Part shown: positions 23,493 to 36,309 of the stretch, in pieces
Layout: the number at the start of each line of letters is the position of its first letter
How positions within the stretch are numbered: position 1 is the first letter of the stretch
Origin: Isurus oxyrinchus
Lineage: Eukaryota
NCBI GenBank assembly: GCA_026770705.1
Contig: JANJGN010000009.1
Span: forward strand, 77,004,001-77,068,000
Reading direction: 5' to 3'
DNA: 64,000 nucleotides
Notes under the pieces: model-generated
Databases searched by the model: none
Told to the model about the DNA's origin: nothing
What the model saw: only the letters and a program-made list of their open reading frames with translations
Position numbers and translations under genes: made by a program

Positions 23493-24634
23493 TGTTATCG
23501 ACATTGGAGAGAAGATAGGATGATTCTATTTTTTCCCACTCTCGACTAATAGCAACAAGATGTTTTTTAAAGAAGAAGTGTTTGAACCCCTCGAGTGTTG
23601 TTACTCTCAAGACCGGACAATACAGGTTTTCTCGTAAGTTTAAAAAAAGAAAAAAGAAACACTTATTTCTCAATACCCGAGTATAATTGCAGAAGCACCC
23701 ACTTACACATGCGCACAAGACACACATAAATAAGAAAAGGTGATTACAAAAGTGGTAGCATGCACTGAGATTTTTAGGAAAAAAACAATAAGTCACTACT
23801 ACTTTTGAATCTTTTGAGATGGAAGCTGGAAATGTTGCAGGCCTGATGATTCGCTATGATCCACTGAAGAAAATGGAGGTTGGAAGTTTCTGGTGATGAA
23901 TCCAGAGTGACCTATTCCTTGCAACAGTAGGTTTCTAACTTTGTCCTAATTGAAGTGTAGTGGAGCTCCTGTAGCGAAGATCTGGCTTGCTTTTTCAAGT
24001 CCGCAGGTAAAAGGATAGCCCCACTTCTCTGCCTATTAGTGGATTCTAGGCAGGGTTTTTCCTTTGCTAGGTGGGATCTCTTCCCTCCGTGATTTCCTTT
24101 GTTTTCCAGCTGAACTGACATGAGGCTGCTCTCAAGTTAATAAATGTTTCTTATCACAAGCCAGTTTCTCTCAGGTGACAATAGTATTGGGGTTTCCATT
24201 GTCTACATAAATGGTCCCTCCTGACATTAGCATTTATAGGCAATGGGGTTTGAATCTCGGCAATTGCATCTCCTTTTGATAGAATGGTCTTTCCTCATAC
24301 GCATTCTGTGGAATTTCATTCTATAGCCACTAAATGTATATGGTCAATGTGCATCAGTTTCTATAGGCATTCGGACGATAGTAGCTGTTAAACCCACAGG
24401 TGAGATCTGTTGCATTTTTAATGTCTTCTCAAATGAGTGTTCAAAAAGGTTGTTTACCTTTAATATCTTGGCCAGGCAAGCAGACTACTTCTAGCCTTGT
24501 GCAGTTTCATGTATATTTGCAGAGAAGGGGAAGGTCACCTGACCCCCTTGAGTCCACCTTGTTACAATGCAGATTGTCCATTCACCATGTTCATTTTTTC
24601 ATATATCCATGAATACACATGCATGGGCATTACA
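23493..24634 (-). mobile_element. Solo LTR
   Basis: tgttatcg...cattaca termini, ~1.14 kb, TSD cagt/caat with one mismatch. Confidence 0.65.
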
Positions 24635-25191
24635 CAATAAATAATGGAATAGAAGATTTACATATAACTAACATTTTTTACCTTTCGATTCAGTTTCATC
24701 CTTGCCTCACCTTTAGTTATGTTCAGTACCTTGCTGTTATTATGACATGAACAAAGTATTCTCAACTAAACATAACTTCACTCATTAATATTCATTATAC
24801 CCTTCGGTCAACCAATTTGCAATCAATTTAACCAGAAACGTTTTAGGTTCAACTCTATGAGGGAACAGATTTCAACTCTGTATACAATGGGTTTTGAGTG
24901 AGTTGAAATCTCATCCGCAATGTCAATCAGGTAAATTTAGTAATTCAATGATTCCAATAAAGAACCATGCTTCAAGAGATCTTTCATTGACAAATGACAG
25001 TATAGTGACTCTCTCTCTGATTCTTGCTTGCTTTAAGCATGGCTCCTTGCTTGATGCATGGGGGCCATTGAACTTTAACATAATATCACAAGTATGTTAA
25101 GATTTGCTGATGGTGAATCTCCATTTTACAGTTTTTTCCTACAGATGCAGTCATGCGTTACTAGTTTTTAAATCCCACATAGTGGCGCTCC

Positions 25192-26553
25192 AGGTGGAAT
25201 CTTCCCAGATTTGCACTAAGTGGGTAGGTAAAATGATGTATTACCTGCCGGCCGCAATGGTGGGTTTTCATGCCGTATTGTCCCAAACCTGGTGCATTAG
25301 CTATGCACTCCCAGAAAACACACTGCTTTGATGGGGGGCGGGCTCTCTTTCGCCTGCCAAGCCATCACCTCGCCGTTTCATCAAACCTGGCACCATATTT
25401 AAAGTCCAGCTGCGTGCACAAATCTCAGTGCTTCCAGCCCACAATTACTGCAGGGAAGATGTCCACAAAAGGCAAAAAGACTGCAGCCCCCAGGTTTAGT
25501 GACATGTCACTGGAACTCCTTCACGGCGCCTTAGAGGCCTGCTGTGATGTCCTCAACCCCTACTTGGTCACAGGATGGGCAGAGGCATGACCAACCAGGC
25601 TTGGGAGACAGTGGTAGTGGTGTTCAGTGCCAATTCTGCACAGAAGCCATTGGCTTTCTAGAGGGTGAATGACCTCATCCATGCAGTCAGGGTATGCCAA
25701 CCATCTCATCACTTTAAATTCACTCACTCAAGCCCATCACACATTCACTAGCATCTCACTCATTGCCAGCTCAAGGGACATCACTGCCCATTCTCACACA
25801 CATACCCTCACATGTCCATCTGGCCTCATCTGCCCTGGAGACTACCTCTTCAGCCCTCACCATCTTGAGGCCACTTGCCCAGATCAACATGTGTCCCACA
25901 CACACCCTGGGTTAACCTCCTTCCCCAGCACAGCCCTCATCCTGCAGCCTCTCCCCTTGCCTGAGGCCACTTCTCCCCCTTCGCCAAACAAGCCCCAGCC
26001 CTGCAGCCATTAAAAAGCCACCCCTGCCTTATGGCTGATCTGGCATTTTTTTGGATTTAGTGGCAGATTAATGGGTAATAATCATTTCTGCTCTTGTTTG
26101 GTTAGGTATGCAAATTAATTCCCAATTATCCAGGTTAGTCCAAGCAAAAGTGATGGTGCTGCCTGTGAAGGCTGGCGCTGATGACTGCGGATGCTGCCCA
26201 AAGCAAGGTAGGCTCACAAATCTCAAAGTCCCGAGTGAAGTGCAGCCCGCCATGTGCATGTCACTTCTGTGCTGTTGTGAAACACGTCAGCAAGCTTTCC
26301 CGCAGATGTGGGCAGACAATCCAGCAGTAGGAGTGGAGGGGGGTAATGATTCCAGCAGGTAGGCCTAATAATGATGCGCTTATGTGTTATAATGAGGTTC
26401 TTGACATCCGATGGTGGAGAATGCGGCCCGCCATCCCATCGATGAGCTGACGATCGTGAACTGGTTTCACGCCATCGTGAAACTGATCACGCCATTTTGT
26501 CCACTCACACCACTGAACATGCCCGACACCAGCGGGCACGGAAAATCCCGGTC
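25192..26553 (+). mobile_element. Non-autonomous Harbinger with Myb/SANT exon 1 (same family as 15535-16788)
   Basis: Full-length inverted homology to 15535-16788. Encodes MSTKGKKTAAPRFSD. Termini aggtggaatcttc / gaaaatcccggtc. Confidence 0.85.
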
Positions 26554-27175
26554 TTTGACACCAGAGTTTTGTTATTGCATTATAAACACTGTTAAAAAAT
26601 ACATTTTTTTGGATTCAGTGGCAGATTAATGGGTAATAATCATTTCTGCTCTCGTTTAGGTATGCAAATTAATTCCCAATTATCCAGGTTAATCCAAGTA
26701 ACAAAACTGTCAGGATATTAAATATTAACTGTGGCCACATTTTTGCCTCCTGCCAGACTGACTTCCGTTTGGCACAGAAAGAAATTGGCTGATTTCACTC
26801 AGCTGTCTGGCTTAAATAATGTCTGTAAAAGAACTCATGAGAAGTGAAGACAGAGCACAGCATCTGCACTACTGAGAAAATGCAGTAAGGGGAAGTGAGC
26901 AACAGCAACAGTGTAAATTGAGATCAATCATTACTTGGATAAATGACAGCAATAATAAAAAAATGAGGCATGTTAACAATCAACTGGAAATTATTCAGGA
27001 ATTTTCCAGTGAATGCAAAGTCAGCTTTGGTCACCCACAGTCACCAATCTGGGAGGTGGAAGCCAGTTGGTAAATGGGGCCGCGGTCTAAAATTGCAAGG
27101 TTTATTTCATTATCTACTTACTATTTACTTTTATTTGACCAGATTGTCTCCGAGGTGTAAGCAAAATAATAATAT

Positions 27176-27245
27176 AAAAGCAAACAACTGCGGATGCTGG
27201 AAATCCAAAACCAAAACAAAAATATCTGGAAAAACTCAGCAGGTC
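27176..27245 (-). mobile_element. Penelope-like extreme 3' tail (family A)
   Basis: aaaagcaaacaactgcggatgctggaaatcc..gaaaaactcagcaggtct matches 11090-11160. Confidence 0.65.
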
Positions 27246-28280
27246 TCCAAGGTGTCCCTGGAGTACGGAAAAAACCTGAAATTAAATTAATGGGCACTAA
27301 ATTTCTCACCAAAAGAGACACAGCTCAGAATGGGTCACCCATAGTCATGGGGGAAAGATATGTAGATTTAGAGTTCCCCTCTCATTAATGCTCCAGCCCA
27401 GATGTAATCAGGTGAGGACAGATGAATATTTTGCTCATATCTGCTCACCTACTTCCCATCACCACTCTACCCTCTCCTCCAAGGTCCACTGCCATTTCAG
27501 TGTCCGGTAACTACTCTGGGGAGTCCACCTATTATGGATTCCTTTGGCCATACTTTCTACAAGGCCTTCTCATGGCCTTGGACAATTCAGTAATCAGAAG
27601 GAGTTGATCCGGGGGAATATAGTATGAACATACATACGAATATTTGAATTCAAAGCAGGAGTAGGCCATTTGGCCCCTCAAACCTGCTCTGCCATTGAAT
27701 AAGATCATGGCTGATCTGATTGTGGCTGCAACTCCATTTTCCTTCCTACCCTCTATATCTTTTGACTCCATTGTCAATCAAGAATCTATCTAACTCGGGC
27801 TTAAAAAATATTCAATGATCCCGCCTCCATTTCTCTCTGAGAGAAAAATATCCACCTCATCTCTGTTTTAATTGGGAGACCCCTAAGGCGGAATTTTCCA
27901 GTCCCAAAAGCAGTGGATTTAATGGCTGGCAGGGTTGGGGATGGGCGGAATCAATACAATGGGAGCTGAAGAATCAGACTCCCGCCAGAGGTCGTGTGAA
28001 ACCGTTTTGTATCCCATTATGGGATGCAGCTGAAGGCCCAATCAAAATCATTCCCCACACTCCGATTTTCCACGCCACCAGCGGGATGTCATGCCAATCC
28101 GTAACACATCTGGACCAGCGTGGTGTGGAGATGTCAGCACTCATCTGGAAGAAGGCCTGGGGAAGCTTGCAGAGCTCAGAAGACGGAGGTCTCCAGAGAC
28201 TGTAAACCCTGGAACACCATGTGCAACAGTGGGTGGGTGGAGCATCAACCATGTGGATCTTCTAACCGCAGTGGCTGCCA

Positions 28281-28463
28281 GGATGTAGACTTCACACTGC
28301 AGGAGTTTCCAGGATGTGGATCTTCACACTGCAGGAGTTTCCAGGATGTGGATCTTCACACTGCAGGAGTTTCCAGGATGTGGATCTTCACCCTGCAGGA
28401 GTTTCCAGGATGTGGATCTTCACCCTGCAGGAGTTTCCAGGAGGTGGATCTTCAAGATGCAGG
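28281..28463 (+). repeat. 32-bp minisatellite, 5 full units plus 1 partial
   Basis: Unit ggatgtggatcttcacactgcaggagtttcca starts at 28281, 28312, 28344, 28376, 28408 and 28440. Confidence 0.95.
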
Positions 28464-28687
28464 CAGACGGCTGCATGAGGTACTGTTGGGCCACAAGACC
28501 TGTGCCAAAGGGGGGATTAGATGGGGAGGAGAGGAATGAAGAGATGGGGCAGGAGTCAAGGCCTGGTTGGAGGAGTTTGGAAGTGGTAGGGGAAAGAGAG
28601 AGAAGCTGCAGAGACATGGAATGGGTGAGCTGGTATGAAGTAGGATGGTGAGAAGGGTTGTGGTGGAGTATGGGTGGGTGGGGCAGG

Positions 28688-28880
28688 GTGTGCAGGTGTG
28701 AACGGGCATGGGGGGTGTGCAGGTGTGAACAGGCATGGGGGGCTGTGCAGGTGTGAACGGGCATGGAGGATGTGCAGGTGTGAATGGGCACAGGGGGCTG
28801 TGCAGTTGTGAACGGGCACAGGGGTGTTGTGCAGGTGTGAACGGGCATGTGTGATGTGTACAGGTGTGAACGGGCATGGG
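28688..28880 (+). repeat. ~27-29 bp G-rich minisatellite, 7 units
   Basis: Repeated tgtgcaggtgtgaacgggca(t/c)... Confidence 0.9.
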
Positions 28881-31800
28881 TAGGGAAGAGGGAAAGGGTT
28901 TCAGAGGGAGGGGTGTGTGCTATCAACTGTCCTGCATCCTGAGGGGCATATTGAGGGAATTATTGGTAGGAAGGGATGGTGAGGATTAAAGAGGGCAGTG
29001 GGAGCCGATAGGGTTGGAGTGTAAGGGTTTGGTGATGACAGGGGAAGGGGTGCTGAGGGTTGTTGCAGAGGATATGGAAATAAAAGCAGATTCTGAGGGT
29101 TGGCAGGATGGGGGGCATGTCTATTGTAACAAGAGTGGGCTCCTCAGGAAGTTAGGGGATGTGGACATTTACCTGCACGGGATGGAGGGTTAAGGAGGGA
29201 GCGGGTTGAAGGGTAACTGTGGGAAGGTCAAATGTTCAACCTGGGGGGTCAATGGTTATGGTGGGAGGGTTTAGGTCACATGGAGTGGGGTAAAAGTATT
29301 GGACTGTACACCGAATGTTATATGAACCATGGCTGCTCGCAACTATCGCAGAGCCTCATGGTGGAAATCTCAAGATGCTGACAATGCCAGGGCTTTGGAA
29401 CAGGGCAAAGGTTCAGCATGCACGGGAGACTTCTTGCACTTGGCTTGCAAAGGCCCTGGCAAAGATCCTTGCCTCCCTGCACATGCCTCATTCCAGAGAG
29501 CACAGACCCAGCATAGGGTGTCCCTCTGAAGCTGGTGGGGGTGGGAGAAGGGTAAGGTGCACAGGCTTAAGGATTACGAATCGCAAATAAACAACATCAT
29601 ACCTCATTAAAGTACAAGTGTAGTCTATTTACAGAAGTGTCATAACATTAATAATCACAGTGCACCCGTGCAACCACATGTGAAATCAAAACTATTTAAT
29701 CTTGTGTACCCTACCACTTCATCTAGGTGCTCCCCCGACATACGCAGCAGGAGTGGAGGCAGCCCTGTTTGCCCTGTTGTCTTGGACGACATTGGCAGCC
29801 TCTTCTGGAGACCCAATGCCTGCAGGGCCCTGGCTTACTTTAGCACCTCTTCTGTAGGACAGTTGCTCCCTCTACCATCACAGAGGATGAAGCTGAAGGG
29901 GTCACAGGCATGTGGGATTCCAAAGGGCCAGATACCCTCTGAGCATCCTGAATGGAGGTCCCATGTGATCCAACAGCTGCTCATCCTCCCTTTGGGTTCC
30001 AGAGGGCCCCTGCCTGACTCCTTCAGGGGAAGGGCCACCTGGAGGGAGGTTGAGGTGCTCCGCCCTCTCTCAAGTAGTCACTGCAAAAGCTCGCCCATGG
30101 CTACAGTGATGGAGTGCAGGTCTGTGCACAACTCCAGCAGAAACTGGGCATTCGGTTGGACCAGGTTCTACATGGCATCAGCCACCTTCCCCATTGAGAC
30201 CTCCACTTCATCAGCCAGTGAGCAGACGGACTCCTCCGCATCACGTGTCACACTGTTGAGGGCCTCCGACAACTCTGCCTGATGTTCCCCAGCCTCCTGC
30301 ATCTTCCATAGCATCTTGGGCCAGGTTGATCCCAGAGGCTCGTCATCCGACTTGGATGTCGCAGATGCCTCTTCCCCAACAGTCCTCTGAGTGCCGGTGA
30401 GCTTGACCCTGCCTCCTTCTGCTGTGGACACATGTTCGTGCAGTGACCATCAGAATGTGAGACCCTGCCTGAACTGCATCTAGTATCCACCGAGGTGTGT
30501 GCCTCTGGGCTGGTGAAGGATGCAGGTGACTGTTGTGATGCCTCTACAGGTGCACTTTCTTCCACCTCTCCAATATCCTCTGTGGGCTGGAGGGCCTGCT
30601 GAACAGGGCTTCCTCTTCTTTCCTTGTCCTCTTCCTGCTGGCACCTGTAAGTGAGAGAGGAGAGTGAGAGTGACTGCATGAGCTGCCTCCAACATGGAGG
30701 AATGCATGACCCTTAAGTTTCTATGTGACTACATTATACATGAATCCTTATTGGATGGAGGCCGCCTGCCAACCTCTCCATCCACACAGGCACGGTCCAG
30801 TTCCTCCCCTGCTAGCTGGGCTGCCCACTCCTCCAACTCAGTGAGATTCCTGAGATCAGCCGGCCCCCTCCCATCTTCTCTCTCTCTCTCTCTCCTGCTG
30901 TTCTGCAACTTTTCCTGAGCAAAGAGAGAAGATGTGTTGAGGACAATTGTGTTTCATGTATCTTTCTCATGCTTCCAGTCTTACAAATAACCCGCTGGAT
31001 TGTGTGCCATGTGTTTGATGCTCCATAGGTTGTCCACAAGGGTTCTGGGGCAGCACCCTCCAGAGCGGTAAGCCCATGCATGTAGAAGGATAAGGCTCAC
31101 AGAAACATATCATGAGCGGTGCTTGCTGGCGCCCTCAAAGCTGAACCCCCTTTTCCCCGCACACCACCTCAAACAGCACCTGCACTCTCTGTGGAAGGGT
31201 CATGGACCCACAGTGGCCTCTCCACCTGCAGACTAGATGGACTGCAGGGGGCCAAGAGGCATCACCTTATCATGTTGAGTAGTTCCTTTATGTATGGGTC
31301 ACATGGATGGTGCCCTTACCACTGAGGCCCATGTACCCTCTACCATTCAGTGAGGTGAGTGTGAGCAGTTGAGTGTTCACTTACTCTGGCGGTGCAGATG
31401 AGATCATTCATCCGTTTCCAGCATTGCAGAGCAGTCCTCTGGTGGAGGCCTTGGGCACTGATCACTCTGGAGACTTCCTCCCATGCAGGGCTGGTCTAAC
31501 GGCTCGGCCTCCTCCTTCCATCCTCCTTCTTCAACAATGGCAAGAAATTGATGTCCAGGCACCTTTTAAATATGGCACCCGGATATGATGACAGGACACA
31601 CGCCATCTAGTCCACACCACTGTGAGGAAACCACCAACCATCAGAAAATCACCGACTGCATGATTAATTACACCAGCATTGTGCAATTTGACACGACTTC
31701 CCACCGGCTTCGGCAATGGGAAACATTTCCAGTTCCCACTCCTGTCATGGGACTTAGGCTCGGAATAGAAAATTCTGCCCCTTATTTTTAAATAGTGTCC

Positions 31801-34800
31801 CCTAATTCTAGTCTCTCCCACAAGGGGAAACATCCTTTCAGCATCCACCCTGTCAAGTCTCCTTAGGATCTTACATGTTTCAATAAGATCACCTCTCATT
31901 CTTCTAAACTCCAATGGATACTGGCCCAACCTGTCCAACCTTTCCTTACGGGATAACCCTCTCATCCCAGGAATCAGTTGAAATCTGACATTATTTTCCT
32001 TTTGGGGAAACATTAAATGTTTTTCTCACCTCTTTTAGCTGGCTAAGGTCGCTGGCACCCACATTTTGAACATCAAACTTTCCAGCAACTCTGGTTTTGA
32101 CAAAAAAGGTACATGGAAAGGTTCTCCCATTGGCCTGGTAGACATTAATCCCTCAGTCAGACTAACATCCTTCCAACCTGGTTATGTGTCTCATTTGTAA
32201 TAAAACTCTGAAATGTAGGAAAGAATAAGGAGGATAGTAACATGCACTGATAGAACAAGCAAACACATGACAGATGAAATTTAATGCAGGGAACTGCATT
32301 TTGGTAGGAAAAATGAGGAGAGGCAATATAAACTGAAAGGTACAGTTTTAAATATATAAGATCCTTGGTTTTATAGACAGATACATATCGAGTACAAAAG
32401 CAAGCAAGTTATACTAAACTTTTATAAATTACAGGTTAGGCCCCAGCTGGAATATTGTGTCCAATTTTGGATACCACGCTTTTAGAAGGGTGTCAAGGAC
32501 TGAGAGAGGGTAATGAGAGATTTACCAGAATGATACCAGGGGCTGAATTTGAATCCCATGCCAGGGCTGGGAGTGGAGACAGGCAGACACTGAATATAGC
32601 ACCTACGGCTGGTGGGGTCAGTTCCATGACTCCATCCTGTCCCCAGGCTATATTTCTGGAGGTGGAATGGGAGGGGAGGGGTAATGAGTGGGGTAGCAGC
32701 AGGGCTGCTCATCCACACATGATGGGTAGCTGGTAAGGCTCATTATGGATCACTTAAGGCCTGGAACTCCCTTCCTTACAACACTGTGAGTGTACCTACA
32801 CCACATGGACTGCAGCGGCTCAAGAAGGCAGCTCACCATCGCCTTCTTGAGGGCAACTAGGGATGGGCAATAAACGCTGGCCCAGCCTGCGAATCCTACA
32901 TCTTGTGAATGAATTAAAAAAAAACTGAGATTTTCTAGTCGGCCTCCAGGAGCAGGATTTAGCAGTCAGCATGTGGGTCCCCTGGGCAGAAGCTGAAGCA
33001 AGGGTAACATCTGCTCCCACCCACCACCAGCAGCCAACCATAATTACATACTGGCCGGCCAATTAAGGGCTGGCCAGTGGGAAAGTTATCCTGCAGAAGC
33101 TATGAGTGAGCTGAGGGTGGGGGATGGGGAGGGGGAAGCGGGGTGGATACTGGCCAAAACAGGGTGCTGCCATTGGGTGGGTGCAGGGGTGGGTGGGTGC
33201 GGGGGTGCAGTTTAAAGAGCTGATGGCAGTGTCCAAGAACATAAAGGGGGTTCCTGGAGGACTCCAACTGCCTGAAAAAACATGGAGTCTGGAGATGGAG
33301 TCTCTGCTGTTGAAATTTCTGCCTTGCCAATTGCTGCTGAGAGGCACAATCAATAGCAGGAAGCTTGAAATGTTCACCAATAACAAAGGTTATGCTGCAG
33401 CAAATGCAGAGGAGTGTAGATGCTCAGCCATATGTTTCTGCACGTACTCCTCCAGGCTGTCAGCTTGTGGCGGGAGGTTCTCCTCCTGTGAGATGGCAAG
33501 AGGGGACATCCCCTGGACCTCCCCAGAGAGCTTTGATAGAGGTGATAGGCATGGTAAGCAGCCATGGGTTTGTGTGGAGGGCCTGGCTACAGTGCCAGGA
33601 CAGTGTGAGTGACCTGCTACCCTCCAGAAGGGTGAATAAGGAAGCCACCCGGCATCTGGAGAAAATGCCTATAGGAGGCTATGCATCTGCTGGGGCTGAT
33701 AGGTGTCTGCCATGTGTGTTTGGTACATGAACAGCCACAGTGCCAACTGCCATCTTGGCACCCAGCAAGGCTGCCAAGGATTGGAGTGTGTAGGATGGCA
33801 GGTACAGCTCAAAGGGGGCCAGCGCTACAATGTGTAGTTCAGGTGGACCAGAGATGATGGAGACCAGCATGAGCAGTTGAACCATTCAGAATTTAGACTC
33901 ATTAATGCTTTTGATTTTACAGGAGAAGAAAGCGCACAATGCCTATGAACGTACCTTGACAGGTAATGCAGTGCCCAATTTCGCTGTGCTGACCCTATTG
34001 GAGGAGGACGTCCTTGAGATGACAAGCCAGCGGGAGGCAAAATCGGTTGACAGAGAAGAAACGGGTTTTTGATGAGGATAGTGAGAGTAATGGGGACATA
34101 CTTTCAGTAATGGCAGTGAGGGAGTTTGTTGGGCATGGGGGAAGGGATGGCTGAATGGCTGGTAATGGGGCGCGGTCTTGTTAGCTCCAGAATCTTGACA
34201 TTTGTGATCTGTGCCACGTCTCTGTGTAAGTGATTGGTGATTCTCATAGAGAGCCAAACACAGTAATTCAATCAAGACTCTCTGGGTTTGTGTTCAAACC
34301 TGCAAGCCCACACAAGGCATTGCCAGTGGGACAGAGAAACAGGTAACCTGGAATACCAGCCAGGTCCTGGTTCCTCTACGGTGAGCAGGTATGTCCAAGT
34401 GAACTTCATACTGGTGGATGAGCAGCAGCTGCCTGCATCTGGAGGCTTAGCGCCGGGTGTTCCTTCGTCCCTCTGCCAGTGACATGTCACTCAAGAGGCC
34501 CTGGCAACAGTGGAGGCTCCTGTCACTGTGCAGGAGTCCCTCGCACTGCCTGGGCCCTTCTGGCCCTCAGAGGACACCCACCAATGTCAACCAGGCCAAG
34601 GGGACATCAGAGTCAGCAGCTATCCTCCGGCACAGTTGATAATGATGGGGCAGCACCATGGTACAATGCTTGGAAAAGAATGAGAAAATCACTTCAAACA
34701 TGTAAGGACCATCATGGCTGATATATAGCTGTGTAACTTGCGTGTGATATAGTTCAAATGTGCTTTATTAAATTGATGGGCTAAATCTTACAATCTCTGT

Positions 34801-35079
34801 ATCGACAAAGATCAGACATATGACCGATGATGCACTTTGGGATCCTGTGGAACTCCTGATATGCTAACCTATGTGGGAATTGCCCAGGAAGTTACAATTT
34901 CCAATGGCCAATTCCCCTCCTCCCCAAAACCTTCCAAAAATGTCTCCAACTCTGAGTTAGAATTGGTGACTTCAGACAGTTCCATTGTATTTACTTGAGT
35001 AGTTACCCAGGAAATGTTAGACAGGTTAAAACCTAGTCTAACACCTGGGTAACTCCACAACTGATCTGCCAATCAACAC

Positions 35080-35905
35080 ACCACCACCCCCGACACCATA
35101 ACAACCCCTGGCCCTTCAACTAGCCCCTGACTACGACCCCGGCCACTTGACTACCATCCCCCAACCAGCCAACTACTCTCCTGACCATCAGACTGCCTCC
35201 ATGACCCTACCCGACTACCCCCTCCGACCACTTGACTATCTCCCATCCAGACCTACTACCCCCCCTCCCCCCAGCCCAACTACACCCCCTACCAGGCCTG
35301 ACTAGTGCCAACCAGGCCTGACTACCCCTCCAAACATGAATACCACCTCTGTCCTGACTACATCCCCTACCAGACCTGACTATCCTCCAATCCAACTAGC
35401 ACCACCCACCCCCCCAACCTACCCACTCACCCACCTACCCACTTACCAACTTACCCACTCACTTCACCCACCCACTCACCCACCCCACCTACCCAATAAC
35501 CCACACACCCACTTCACCCACTTATCTGCTTCATCCACCTAATAACCCTACCCATCTACAGACTTACCCAGTTACCTCACCCACCTACCCAACCTACCCA
35601 TCTGACCCACCTACCCACTCACCCCCTATCCACTTCACCCACCTACCCACTTACCTCATCCACCCTGCCCACCCATCCACCTACCCACTTCACCGCTCTA
35701 GCTGCCTTACCCACTTAACCACTTACCTCACCAACTACCCACTTCACACTTTAATTACCTAACCACTCACCTACTTAGCCACCTCCCCTACTTACCCACT
35801 TCCCTCAACCACCTCACCAACATACCCATCTTACCTACTTATCTCACTGCCTACTCACCCTTCCCACGTACTCATCCACTCACCCACTCACTCATCATTC
35901 ACTAA
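35080..35905. repeat. C/A-rich degenerate short-unit repeats
   Basis: Iterated cacccacctacc and cctgactac motifs. Confidence 0.85.
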
Positions 35906-36309
35906 CATTACAGGGGAATGTCCTGTCCTCCCCTGACTCTAATCCACTCTAGTGGAGTACCCTGATGGACGCTGCTCTGCAGATTTCTGGGAAAGCCAGA
36001 CTCCGAATGTCCCGGAGGAAAGGCGGAACAGCATCCAGTTGGGGAATTCATTATAGCAGTGGCAATCCAACAATCGTTGCCATTGCTTGGAAGATCCAGG
36101 CCAATGTTTCCCACTGGATGTTGGTGTCAGGCTTATGAGTGGAATGTAAGGTGTAAGCCTGAAACTCAATCACATTTTCTTTCCAGTCCTCCGAATCATT
36201 ATGGTCAGAAAGTACCAAGTTCCCAGAGGGTGAAATGAGGGGCTTTTTGAGAGGTTTGGCAATGTTCTTGCTCTGCCTGTTTAGGGATCTTTCAGGAGTC
36301 TGTGGCACC

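Larger units (their letters stand above)
27886..31780 (-). mobile_element. Harbinger derivative with a three-exon Myb/SANT pseudogene and no recognisable transposase
   Basis: TIRs aggcggaattttcc / gaaaattctgccc with TSD cta/ctt. Exon-like segments at ~31570-31386 (CWKRMNDL), ~30915-30740 and ~30644-29710, the last similar to 50106-51054. Confidence 0.82.
27625..31980 (-). mobile_element. CR1 3' fragment split by a Harbinger (pieces 27625-27885 and 31781-31980)
   Basis: Contains RRMRGDLIETCKIL and a CR1 tail. The two pieces rejoin as gggagaccc|cttatttttaaatagtgtccc. Confidence 0.85.

Noticed and set aside
28281-28463. 32-bp repeats of CRISPR-like length
   Set aside because: Head-to-tail units without spacers, no cas genes, eukaryotic context.
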